Made by a program: the position numbers and the translations under genes. Below the pieces are notes generated by a model that had not been told where the DNA came from, did not search any database, and was given only the letters and a program-made list of their open reading frames with translations. A DNA stretch of 64,000 nt from Octopus sinensis (Eukaryota). The stretch spans positions 1,798,001-1,862,000 of the forward strand of contig NC_043002.1 in assembly GCF_006345805.1 (NCBI RefSeq), written 5' to 3'. Below, one piece after another: positions 1 to 11,420 of the stretch. Within the stretch, counting starts at the first letter, position 1. Each line of letters opens with the position of its first letter.

Positions 1-771
1 ATCTCAAGGAAACAATCTCCTATTTGTATAAATTTGGACAAATGCCCACTGGTAAAAGTCGATGCTTCCCTATTTCGTCTTTAGCTGTGGTGGGGGTAAA
101 TATTAAGATAGGAAAGTCAGCCTTAACATTTGAAGAATTTACCAAATGTGAATGAAAAAAACAAAATGATCGCTATATGATAAAAAATAAACTACCAGCA
201 GCGTCAAAATGTTTCATTTAGTAGATCTACCAAGGATGATATCAAACTTGTCTGTAAATTGCAATGGCCAAGTATATGGAAGAGGCCGTGTAAAAATATA
301 TGGAAAGCAATAAGATTTGAAAGGGTTTGCTTTCTTTACTAAACGAAAATAAAGAAGCAGAAGAACCAAGATTCATCTTAAAAGCAGATGTCGTTGAAAG
401 AACAATCCAATGTCCGGCTTTATTGTAATCAAGACTCATCAAAGTGTTGCTAATCACCGAAAAGTTTAGAGGACAATAATCAAAGTTAATGTAATTATTA
501 TGTAAGATGTTACAAAACCCAGAAATGAAATTATAAAGGGGAAGAGGAAGAGAGAAAGAGAAACAAACAAGAAGTAGCTCAGTGATTTGTGGTTCTGTTG
601 AAGGCTTTTGCTATCATCGATCAAGTGATTAACCATGGATGTAGTTGCGGAACGTTTTAGAGATTTTGAAACAAAAGACGAATGATATTTTCCTCAGAAA
701 TAGGAAAATCATCCAGGATAAGAATCCCATTAAAAAAAAACAACAAAGAAATAAATTACAAAACCAAGCTG

Positions 772-1638
772 TACGAGGTGTAGTCAAAAAGTTTCCCACC
801 TTTGGCCAAAAAACAACAACTAATATTTAAAACAAACTCACCATTTTGATTTAGTCCCCTTCAAAGTATTCGCCTTGGGCGTCTGCACACTGCTACAAGC
901 GTTCCTACCACTGCTGGAAACATTTCTAGAAATCCCTTTTTGTGATTCTGTAGAGCTGTGCTGTCCAGTTTTGTTTAATGTCCTGTGTTCACTCAAATCT
1001 TCTCCGTTTCAGTGATTTTTGAGCTTTGAGAATAGCTAAAAGTCACACGGAGCCAAGTCTGGGGAGTAGGAAGACTGACGAACAAGCTATGTGCTGTGCT
1101 TGACGAGGAATGCTTGGAAGATGTGGGCGGAGTCAGCGGGTGCGTTGTCATGGTGGAATTTCCAGTTCTTCGCTGCGCACAGGTCCGGTCGTTTTTGCCG
1201 CACAGCTTCACGAAGACGACGAAGAACCCGCAGGTAGTATTCTTTGTTAATTGTCTGACCTTGTGGTGCATATTCATGGCTCACTGTCCACTGAGGTGCG
1301 ACCGTCTTTGCACCGGTTGACCACTCCTTTATTTGTGTTTTTCCCAAAGTATCATCTCCAAAAGCCTTCTGAATCTTCTCGACGGCAGACTTTGATACAG
1401 TATCTTTTTCTTCAATGCTCTCGGTCATCTTGACTCAAAAAGAAAAAAATCGCACAGCATATTCTACACATCTGTATCTTCTCGCGCGTCACTGAGGGCG
1501 AAAGGCGCAACATACAGACACGAAGACTTTTGCGTGTGTTCAGGAAGGATGCGGCCACCTAGTACCCAAGTGGATTTTGCTCACGCATTATTTTGTGTAA
1601 ACAATTCAAGGTCGGATACATTCTAACTGTACCTCGCA
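772..1638 (-). mobile_element. Internally deleted mariner (Tc1/mariner) DNA transposon
   Basis: Imperfect ~29-bp TIRs (TACGAGGTGTAGTCAAAAAGTTTCCCACC at 772; reverse complement of the right end TGCGAGGTACAGTTAGAATGTATCCGACC). The minus strand encodes an HTH piece (IQKAFGDDTLGKTQIKEW), then HEYAPQGQTINKEYY...HHDNAP, and YSPDLAPCDF in a shifted frame. Confidence 0.9.
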
Positions 1639-2924
1639 TAAGGCTTTGGTATTCCAGTCGTTATAAGGCCGATATTCGCAAGTAATGTTTTCCAAGCAAG
1701 ACAATACTCGTGTGTAATCCATATCCGTGGGAAGATTAGATCTCGACATTACGATTTAACGAAATGGTTATCAATCACATTATGCTACAAACATTGCTTA
1801 TCTGGGAATCAGAGTTGCTTTCTGAAAGTCTGAAATGAAAATATCTCTACAAACAAGCTCCTGTAATGTGAAATGAAATTTTTCCGAGAAGACAAATGCC
1901 TTTCTATCAGCTTAATTAGTTATCAGGGATCTGATTAGCATTTCTTTATTAGAACTCGATGCCCGTGAACGAGTAACATCGTATGAGCGTAGAAAACACA
2001 CTAGGGGTTTCTGCCCCATTTTCGTTTTTTTTTTTAAACATTCTGATTTCGAATGCCACTGATGTTTACTTTGTCTTTTTGATTAAATAAAATACTTTAA
2101 TCCTCCTTAATAGATTAAATAAAATACCAAACACAAAATCGAGCTGATCGATTATCTCGTTCCCTTTAAAATTATTGGCTTTATGCTTAAATTAAAAAAT
2201 AACTAATTATGGTCATTAAAAATAATAGCAATTGCATATCTGTTTCCTGAATGAACAAATAATTCTTCGTTTTATTTACTTGACAAATATTTCGCAAAGC
2301 AAATGTTGTTCTTGTGCTGATAATGACGCTCCAAAATTCCTAAAATATAGTTAATAAATTTCTCATTTATAAATGTACACAATAAACAAACAACAATAAA
2401 CAAACAACAAAATGGCAACTTGAAGGATCTTACTGAAAGTTTTATTAACCTAGTTGTAACAAATATTAATATGGTTCGTGCTTTCCACTTATTTTCCAAA
2501 TCTTTTCTACTTCGCTTCAGAAGCCAGATATTTTCGTAACACAACTTTTAGTAAATATGCTATAATTACCTTCTTTCTCTGAGAATTTTACCGCAGTTCA
2601 CGGAATCTCTATTATATATTGTAAACAAAATGGTTTGCTCATGCTTATAGAAAATTGGTCAGATTCTCCAACTCCATGTAAACATAATTATGGACGCTGC
2701 GCTAATAATAACTTCAAACGGAATCTATATCTGCATCGTAATCATTTTAAAAAGGAAACACTTGCGAGCTACGATGTTTTGAATAAATTATTGCTCTTAT
2801 TTCTATTACATATTTCATATTTCAGTTCTTTATTGGAAACATTATTTTAATGACTTACTACACATCATGTGCGGTATAGTTTAGTACGATTTCTTTATTC
2901 TTTAATATTACTTTCAGATTTTGA

Positions 2925-3075
2925 CACAGAGGCAGTATTTCAGAAGGAGGGGGATAAGTCGGCTACACCGACCCCTTTGTTCAGCTGATACTTATTGTAT
3001 CGATCCCGAAACAAAATTGGTCACCGGTTAACGCTGAAGTCAAGCGATAACAGTTTGATAGGAAGTCCCGAGAAG
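2925..3075 (-). mobile_element. Degenerate SINE, family B fragment
   Basis: Resembles the reverse complement of the family B core seen at 45186 and 53500 (ATAAGTCGGCTACACCGACCCC...CTGATACTTATTGTATCGATCCCG). Confidence 0.55.
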
Positions 3076-3343
3076 GACTTTAATGCGTTCTCCGATTGCG
3101 TAACAATCGTGGGTGAAGCAACCTTGAAAAGGGTTGTAATGCGTTCTCAGGTGGTGCAACAATCGTATGTAAAGTGGTCCTAAAAAGGGCCATTTTTTTT
3201 CTTTTACACCGAAAGCAACGGAACTGTTGCAGTGAAATGTGAAACTCTGAAAGCAGAAGACAAACCTAGGTTGGACAAAGGAAAGGAAATACGGTTGAGG
3301 AAAGTTAGTAACTTTGAAAGCAGACTACAGTAGCAATCTCCTC

Positions 3344-3547
3344 CTACCATGCATCAGGTCTGTAAGGTTGCACTGATGTAGTGGAAGCACCGAGGTTCAC
3401 GAATTTGAGAAGAGTTGGCGCACGAGATGCGTACAATAACTTTCTGTGGACCACGATTTTCGTTTTGCCATTAGGGGCAAGTACGAATAGATTTTGTTTG
3501 CTTCCAACTCTGGAGCATCCGACATATAACAGGCCATAAGAGAAACA
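3344..3547 (-). pseudogene. Helitron Rep/PIF1-helicase C-terminal fragment
   Basis: CFSYGLLYVGCSRVGSKQNLFVLAPNGKTKIVVHRKLL matches the Helitron helicase end (CFSHGQLYVACSRV...L.V.AP.GKTKN.VY). Upstream helicase motifs are absent. Confidence 0.75.
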
Positions 3548-4572
3548 TGATTCACCGTCCTTCTTTGGCAGCCGAAGTAGTCTCTCTTTTACGACCAAAG
3601 TGCGTTCTCTTCTCAGCGGTAGTATTAGACTATGCTTAAATTGTTTTTAAAAACTGAAGAACGAATTTGACACGATGTATAAAAAGCGAACCTTCTAAAC
3701 GTATCATTCAAAAAAGGTGGAAGCAGAGACAGACAGCTATGTGGACACAAAGACACTGAATACAATATTTTTAAAGACACGTAAGCTAGAAACTGGCAGG
3801 CGGCAACAGTATGAAGGAGATAACTTAATTGAGTATGGGGACAACGATGGATTTCAACAGAAAGTATGAATTTAAAGCAATGATGTACGTGAAATGGCAG
3901 GCCTACGCTGTAAGTCGAAGCACGTATCAGATATGCACAAAAGCGCATCAATAATTATGATTTGACACTGGCATGATCATGTGATCAGTGTTCCACCAAT
4001 GAAATTCAGTCAAAGAATTAGTTGGACGGACTCATTACAATGGACAATCAATAGTGTTCACGCACGTAGGTCAAAGGTCATGTTCATAGTCCCCCCTTTA
4101 TTGGCAAACCATTGACATGATGTCATTAAGGAAAATGGTGCTGAAAAGGGGGCAATATGATCGTCGGCGATAAGGGGAGGGTAAGTGTGTAAACACTTAG
4201 GACGTGGCAAAAGCAGCCATTCACACCAAATAAGAGGCTGAGTGGGGGAGGGCATCATGGCCGTAGGCGATAATAGGGAGGCTTTAAGTAAACACTAATG
4301 TATACAGATCAAAGAAGTGGGGCGTGTATTAATAGTGTTCACGCCCACATGTCAAAGGTCATGCTCGCAGTTTACCCCGTGTTATCACACCATGAGGGGA
4401 GGGTAATTAAAGGAAATTTGTGCTGGGCGAAATTTCGAAGTCATTGTCAATAATATTCCTGTTAAAGAATATTAAATTTATACTCTACAAAAGTATGGAA
4501 TAACCCATCAGATTAAGGTGAACATAAAAATAAACATTCATATATATATATAGTGGGTTTTTTTCTCTAATT

Positions 4573-4622
<50 letters not shown>

Positions 4623-5407
4623 ATTTGTGTATAGTTTAGCATTAGTATAATCATTATAGGAATTATGTCCACTCAGACCTTTATGAAAAGTCTATTGAAC
4701 CGGTTATCAGGACATAGCTTGAAATAGTTTTCTTCGTTGAACTTTGATAACCATCGTTTATGGTTTTCTGTTTCGACAGTGATAAATGTTTACCATGAAA
4801 TAACATAATATTTACAACATACTAATGGCATATCTAAAGGAAATAGATATCTACGTTACAAAAAGATAACGTAATATTGGAAACTCTAGCCAGCAATGGC
4901 TCTCTCTTGACAACTGTGGCTCCGTTGCAACCAGCATCGAGATAGTGAGCGTTGCAACTACTCGCTAAAATGTAAATATCCTATGTCGATTCAAAACTAT
5001 GATTGCAATAACACGTGAGATACACATACATCAAATAAGCAGAACATTTTCACAAAAGACATGCCATGTATTAGAAACCTTGCTTACATATACACGCATT
5101 GAAAGCATTCTTTTATATGTTTGTTCCTTCTCGAGCCACACCTGGCTCATAAGGGTCGGTTTCCCGCTTTCCCTGGCATACAGATTCCCCACCTGGGCCT
5201 AGAATTTACTTTCCTCTTTAATTTATTATTCATTACTTTTTATTGTTATTTCACTTTATATCATTTCCTAAAGTTCTGTCACTTTAAAATTTATTATAAT
5301 CATATTCATTACATTTGCATACGTCTTCCTTCTTATTTATAATTTGTATTTATTTTTCTCTTTATTTATCTGTTTACTAATTATAATATTTTGAATATGA
5401 ATATAGT

Positions 5408-6039
5408 TGGTTGGTTGGCATCCTTTCTGTCTCGGGAGACAATGGAGTTGCGCATGAAGTAGTCTAGTCCGGCTTTTATATTTCATGTCCTGATACATTT
5501 CCTGCTGTGGCTGTGTAGTCCTATCCTGGACAAACACTCGCTCTGGCAGGTACCGCAAATGTAGCGAAGACTGTTCCTGGCTGGTTGTAGTGCCATAGTC
5601 TCTTGTTTACGTCTCTTCCTTTCTTTCCATTTCTCCTCTCTCTCTCTGTCACTCCTTTGTATTCCCTCTGTTACGGTATGTCGCCATTCTCCACGGTTGC
5701 CGGCAACTGACTCCCAACCGCTAATATTGATGTTGCAGGCATTCATGTCCCTTTTGCAAACATCCTTGTAACGTAAGATCGGTCTACCCACAGACCTAGT
5801 ACCCCTAGCAAGCTCTCCGTAGAGTATGTCCTTGGGGATTCTGCCATCTTTCATACGGCTAACATGCCCAAGCCATCTCATACGTCTTTGTGTGAGGAGT
5901 GCAAACATGCTTGGTATTCCTGCTTGCCTGAGGACATCTTTGTTGGGGATATGATTCTGCCGTTTGATGCGGAGGATTTTTCGGAGGCAGCGCAGGTGAA
6001 AGATGTTTAGGCGACGCTCTAATCTAATAATAATTTAAC
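5408..6039 (-). mobile_element. 5'-truncated RTE-clade LINE (3' end only)
   Basis: ORF 5483-5908 (RRMRWLGHVSRMKDGRIPKDILYGEL...CGTC...RIGLHSHSRKC) extends upstream as ERRLNIFHLRCLRKIL. It has a (CCAA)n tail and an 11-bp direct repeat ATGAATATAGT at 5397-5407 and 6040-6050 (candidate TSD). Confidence 0.92.
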
Positions 6040-6582
6040 ATGAATATAGTATATCCATAAATATTCGAAACCTATCAATCAAATAAAATCTCTAAATATA
6101 GCTTTTAACTTTAACATGGGAACACTATACACTTCCCTCAAAAGATATAATGATCCCCTAAGTTACGTTAGTTGTTTTTGAACCCCGAAGAAGTCCTACC
6201 ATAATATGGCATGAATGTGGCAACTTCATTGGCATTAAACATCGTGCTTGCAGATTCCCATCGACTAAATAATTCTACAGAAACGTATATGTATGTTTTT
6301 CTTACGTCTTTCTTAACTTTTTTGAGCTTTCAACTTCAAATCAATTTATTTATTTATTTGTAATTTTTTTTTCGAAAACACCTCATCTTTCGACAACATG
6401 CAAAGAAATCAGTAATTCCATCTATTTCTTCTCCATTTTCTTCTTGCTTTTCTTTCAATATTAAAAATCCCAATAATCCTAAACGCGTACCAGTGACTTT
6501 AGCATTATATGATACGGATTAAACGAGTGGAATACCTAGGATTATATAATCTCTAATGAAGACTTAACTTCCTCAAATTAAC

Positions 6583-6828
<246 letters not shown>

Positions 6829-7254
6829 GTAAAGTTTAAGAACTATGTCACTACTTTTTAACCCCAGGAAAACATCTTTTCTAACTGGTTATCGACACAT
6901 GATCTGTGTTCGAGACATAATGTAAGTAAGGGGGGGGCTTACTGTTCCCTTCTAGCCATTAGGAGTACCAGCAGACCAATGGTTTCTGAATAATTCTGGA
7001 TACACACATACACACACACAAACACACACAAACACACACACACACGCACACACACACACACACGCACATATATATATGGGGATATTATTTTTTATAATTA
7101 TATCAGTGGCTTAGCATGCGTAAAAAATCCATAGCAGAAAATAATTTATCTATTAATGATTAAGGGTAATAACAAGCGGTATTGGCATGCTAAATATAGC
7201 AGTCAAAATGACCAAACCACAGATTTTCCCTTAAATACAAAAGTGAAATTTCGA

Positions 7255-7385
7255 AATCGAGTGTGATACGGGTGACATGCGTATGTCTTGCATAGAAGCA
7301 AAGAAACCGTTCACCCCTTCTTAAGTGAGGATCATAATGGCTTAGGGTTCAAAAGCCCAAAGCTCTTGAATGATCTACCTTGCCA
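7255..7385 (+). mobile_element. CR1-like LINE 3' fragment
   Basis: Translates NGLGFKSPKLLNDLP, matching the NSLGFKGPELFNAL motif of the copy at 7806-9020. Confidence 0.55.
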
Positions 7386-7485
7386 CAGTCATCATATGTG
7401 CTTTATTTCCTCCGCGTCGTAGGATTTCATATCGCCACGCCTGCATGCGCTTTTTCCTTGGTCGTTGGCTAATTTGGCCTATGCG

Positions 7486-7805
7486 CAGTGCGTAGCGAGA
7501 GTAAACCACACCCGGGGCAAGCCGTAAAATAGCGCCCCCTGCCAAATAACAAAATCCAAGATATTATAAAGTACTTATTTGTTATAATAATTAATGTTTT
7601 AAAGCAATATTTTAGAAATAAATACTTTACCAGGGTTCATTTACCTGACGCTTCGGTATAGCCTGTAATTCAAAATATATTTTTTAAATGTTTTTTTTTA
7701 TAAATGGATTTCAAGCTTATCGTATTATGGTCAATTCTGCGCCCCCTACGTCAATTGGTACCCGTGGCATGTGTCCCAACGGCCTCACCCTTAGTTACGC
7801 TACTG
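7486..7805. mobile_element. Putative hAT-like MITE
   Basis: Ends CAGTGCGTAGCGAG / TTAGTTACGCTACTG, subterminal GCGCCCCCT motifs and an AT-rich core. Flanking 8-mers CCTATGCG/TATATGAG match at only 5/8. Confidence 0.5.
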
Positions 7806-9020
7806 TATATGAGAGAGACTTTGTACTGCCATCCTTGACTGTCGAGATGTTGGCTTGTCTGGTATCGGGGATAGGAGAATGTACCATTCTGTTTTGGAAG
7901 ACAGGTACATCCATATTCTACGAGTTCCTTCTTTTGACAGAGCATTAAAGAGCTCTGGGCCTTTGAACCCTAAACTATTACAGTATGTGGTCCTCACTTT
8001 AGATCGAGTAGACGGTATGACTTTTGTTGCCGAAGTGCAGCCTTTCCAGAATTTATTTTCCACACGTAAATCCTTACATATATCTCACGTCTCCACTACA
8101 GGGATAAAGTTATACTTTGTTTAGTCTCTCCCAGTAGTTCATCTTCTGTACTGTTCCATTCTTTTGGTGCAGTTGCTTTGGAAAGCTTCAACTCTGTTAT
8201 TAACTTGACACTATACTGTGACGGGACTAATGCTGTGAATAGTCTTCTACGCGGCCGGCTGAGCGCAAGAGTCTTTCACAATGTAAATATGATTGCTTGA
8301 CATGAATGAGCTTACCATTATTCCTTATCGAGCCAGTTTTGTTTGTGGATGTCTTTGCAGATTGATTTCCAGTTTGCTTTATGGAAATTTAAGTTGGATA
8401 TGGCTCGAGTACTTCTAACAGGCAGTTCGCCGAAGACCATAGATTGTTAGTTTGACAATGTTGTGGTTCGAGAGAGTTTTGGGCGTCACCTTCATGTTAT
8501 AGATAAGGTTGGTGTTATGTGTGAAACCGAGGTCCAAGATGTTGTTACATTTGGTAGACTAGAATATCACTCGCCCCATGCGCAGCATATTAGAAACTTC
8601 AAATACTGTTTCTGTTTGCCTTTGGTCATGCAGTGATTTCCTAGAGAGGCCATTTAACATTTTAGATGTTGAAGTCACGCAGCAGTTTGCTGATGTTTTC
8701 GTCCTGATTTCTCAATAACATTTTCCATCATGTTTTGAGTCATTTGGTGGACGACATGTTGTGCATACAACCAAATCAATTTGTTTTATATGTATTGTTT
8801 AAGTGTTAAATTGAGTTTGGATGTGACAACAGTAGAAGGAGTGTGACATCTTCGCGGACGTACATACAACTCCTCCATGCCCGATTTTACTTTTATCAGT
8901 ACGAAATACAGCATACTCTGGTATACGCATTTCCGTATCTGCATACTTAGATGATTGATATCTTTCTATTAGTGCCATACATAGAGGTTGGTTATGTGCA
9001 ATAAGGTGCTTCATTCACGC
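7806..9020 (-). mobile_element. CR1-like LINE relic: APE endonuclease joined to 3' end, RT core missing
   Basis: Endonuclease motifs IPEYAVFRTDKSKIGHGGV and NNILDLGFTHN...SNHNIV; then MNYWERL and TYCNSLGFKGPELFNAL...IPDKPTSRQ; many stops and frameshifts. Confidence 0.8.
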
Positions 9021-9072
9021 TATCCCTGTTAGAAGGAGAACGAGAGACAGAGATAGATTCATAGATAGATAA

Positions 9073-9152
<80 letters not shown>

Positions 9153-9156
9153 TATA

Positions 9157-9301
9157 CGACGGGCTTCTTTCAGTTTCCGTCTACCAAATCCACTCACAAG
9201 GCTTCGATCGACCCGAGGCTATAGTAGAAGACGCAGTGAGGCTGAACCCGGAACCATGTGGTTAATAAGCAAGCTACTTACCACACAGCCACTCTTACAC
9301 C

Positions 9302-9302
<1 letters not shown>
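9157..9302 (-). mobile_element. tRNA-derived SINE, family A, 5' half with small internal deletion
   Basis: Closely similar to 45655-45810; A-box-like TGGCTGTGTGG and B-box-like GGTTCAGCC on the minus strand. Confidence 0.85.
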
Positions 9303-9346
<44 letters not shown>

Positions 9347-9416
9347 CAGAGAGAGAGGGGGAGGGAGATAGATAGATAGATAAATAGATAGATAGATAGA
9401 TACATACATACATACA

Positions 9417-9448
<32 letters not shown>

Positions 9449-9454
9449 CATACA

Positions 9455-9485
<31 letters not shown>
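9303..9485. repeat. Compound microsatellite (TA)n/(GA)n/(GATA)n/(CATA)n
   Basis: Directly visible. Confidence 0.95.
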
Positions 9486-10412
9486 GTGTTGGGTGGTGCT
9501 GTATAAAGTAATTTAATCAGCCTTCTGTTTATATCTGTAATAAATATTAAATATAATTTAGCAAGTGGATGATGACACCGCATCTTCAAATGATTCTTTT
9601 AATTTTATCGAATGTTCCTGAAACATTCAGGTATTCTTGAATTCGTAAATGTTTGCTAATGATTGATGGTTGTAGAAATGATTGTTGTCGCCGTTGTTCT
9701 CCTCGTCTCAAACAAACAAGCAGCTAAAGACTTATCAGCCGAATGATATATTTACGTTAGTTCATGTGACTGAAACTGTCTGCTTGATAAATTTGGACAG
9801 AAAATGTACTTCGCCATTAGAAAGATAACATCAAAACCATTTTTATGAATCGTACGAACCAATTCCTAATTACTTCGAACATGTAAATCAAACATGAGAA
9901 ATTTTTTTCCTCATATGAAGTGAACGATTGAAATGTTAATGTCTTTCCGTGTTTCGTAATGGCGTGAGCGAACAGAAACTGATGGCGGAATCAAAAGTGC
10001 ATTATGATGAATAATAATGATCGACTTTAAGTTATTAAAATCTCTAAAACTCACTAACTCTTAAATAACACGTTATTGCTTACTTGTCTATATTTTATCA
10101 TTATCTCTATGAAAAATAACAAACTGATTGTTTGTTTGTGTGAACGTTTAATAATGTTTCTATGTATATAGAAGAAAAACCACTTTGCCACGGTATGAAC
10201 ATGAATTAGTAGGCAAAGCAATAGGACAAACGTTACAGTTAAGTAATAAATGGTGATTTTTTTTTCTTTTCAGTTTGCACAAAAGGGTAGTTGGAAATAT
10301 CTGATGTGTTTTCCTCCGCAGAAACAAATTCATTGTTTTATGACTATCAATATACTTTTTCAATAACGATATTCTCATATATATATGTGTGTGTGTGTTT
10401 GTGTGTGTGTGC

Positions 10413-10488
<76 letters not shown>

Positions 10489-11324
10489 GATATACTTATA
10501 TTTACATTTATATTTATATTTATATATTCATTTATTCGTTTGTAATAAATTACTTCCTTTGCGATTAATATCGGTTTGCTTCAATCGTTTTAATAAAATT
10601 GAATCAGCTGCTTTCAAGTAAATTCTTCTAACTCTCACTTTGATGACAAAAGCACAGCGTTGATATTTATATTAATGACAGCAGTCGACGCGGTGCAGCT
10701 CACAATTTTCTAGGAGTGTGTGTAAACATCATTCTTTTCAACCGGAAGAATCAATGTTATGTTGGAAATAATAATAATTCTTGATCTATGGAATAATTAA
10801 CGTAAATTTTGACCAGGGGAGAATTGAAACTATACACGGAAGGTTCACCAAACATCCATAACCTATTATGGGATATGCCTATTTATATCACTTAGCAATG
10901 CTAATGGTCATAGATATAAAGGGTAGCTTGTAGCAAGGAAAATAAATAAATGCTTGACCATAATCACAAATAATACTTTGGTCGAGCGTCCAGCGATTTA
11001 AAGATGCTAATATTAAAATTATGACAAATTACAAACTCTCTAAACAGTAATTTTCTCTCGTATGACAACAAACCAATAATTTGATGTTTTCAAATCTACC
11101 AATTTACAGGAGATACACAGATATTATTGATGTATTTCTCCTCAATATTGATTATATTGCCATTAGCATTCAAATTAACTGTGAAAAGAAGTCATTAACT
11201 GCAAAAATGTTATCAATATTTTTGTAGATAATAACCATTCTGTTATTTATGGATAAATGGATTCACAATGAGAAAATGTCGAACGAGATCTTAGGATGCA
11301 TTAATGCATGGAATAAATGTGGCG

Positions 11325-11420
11325 ACGATGATGATAAAGACGATGACGACGACGATGGCGATGATGGCGACGATAATGGTTGTTATGGTGGTGGTAGTAG
11401 TCGTGGCGATGGTTGTGTTA
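11325..11420. repeat. Low-complexity GAT/GAC/GGT trinucleotide tract
   Basis: Directly visible. Confidence 0.85.

Noticed and set aside
242-457. 71-aa ORF with HWIVLST (protease-like impression)
   Set aside because: No further catalytic motif, alternative start codon, too short to support.
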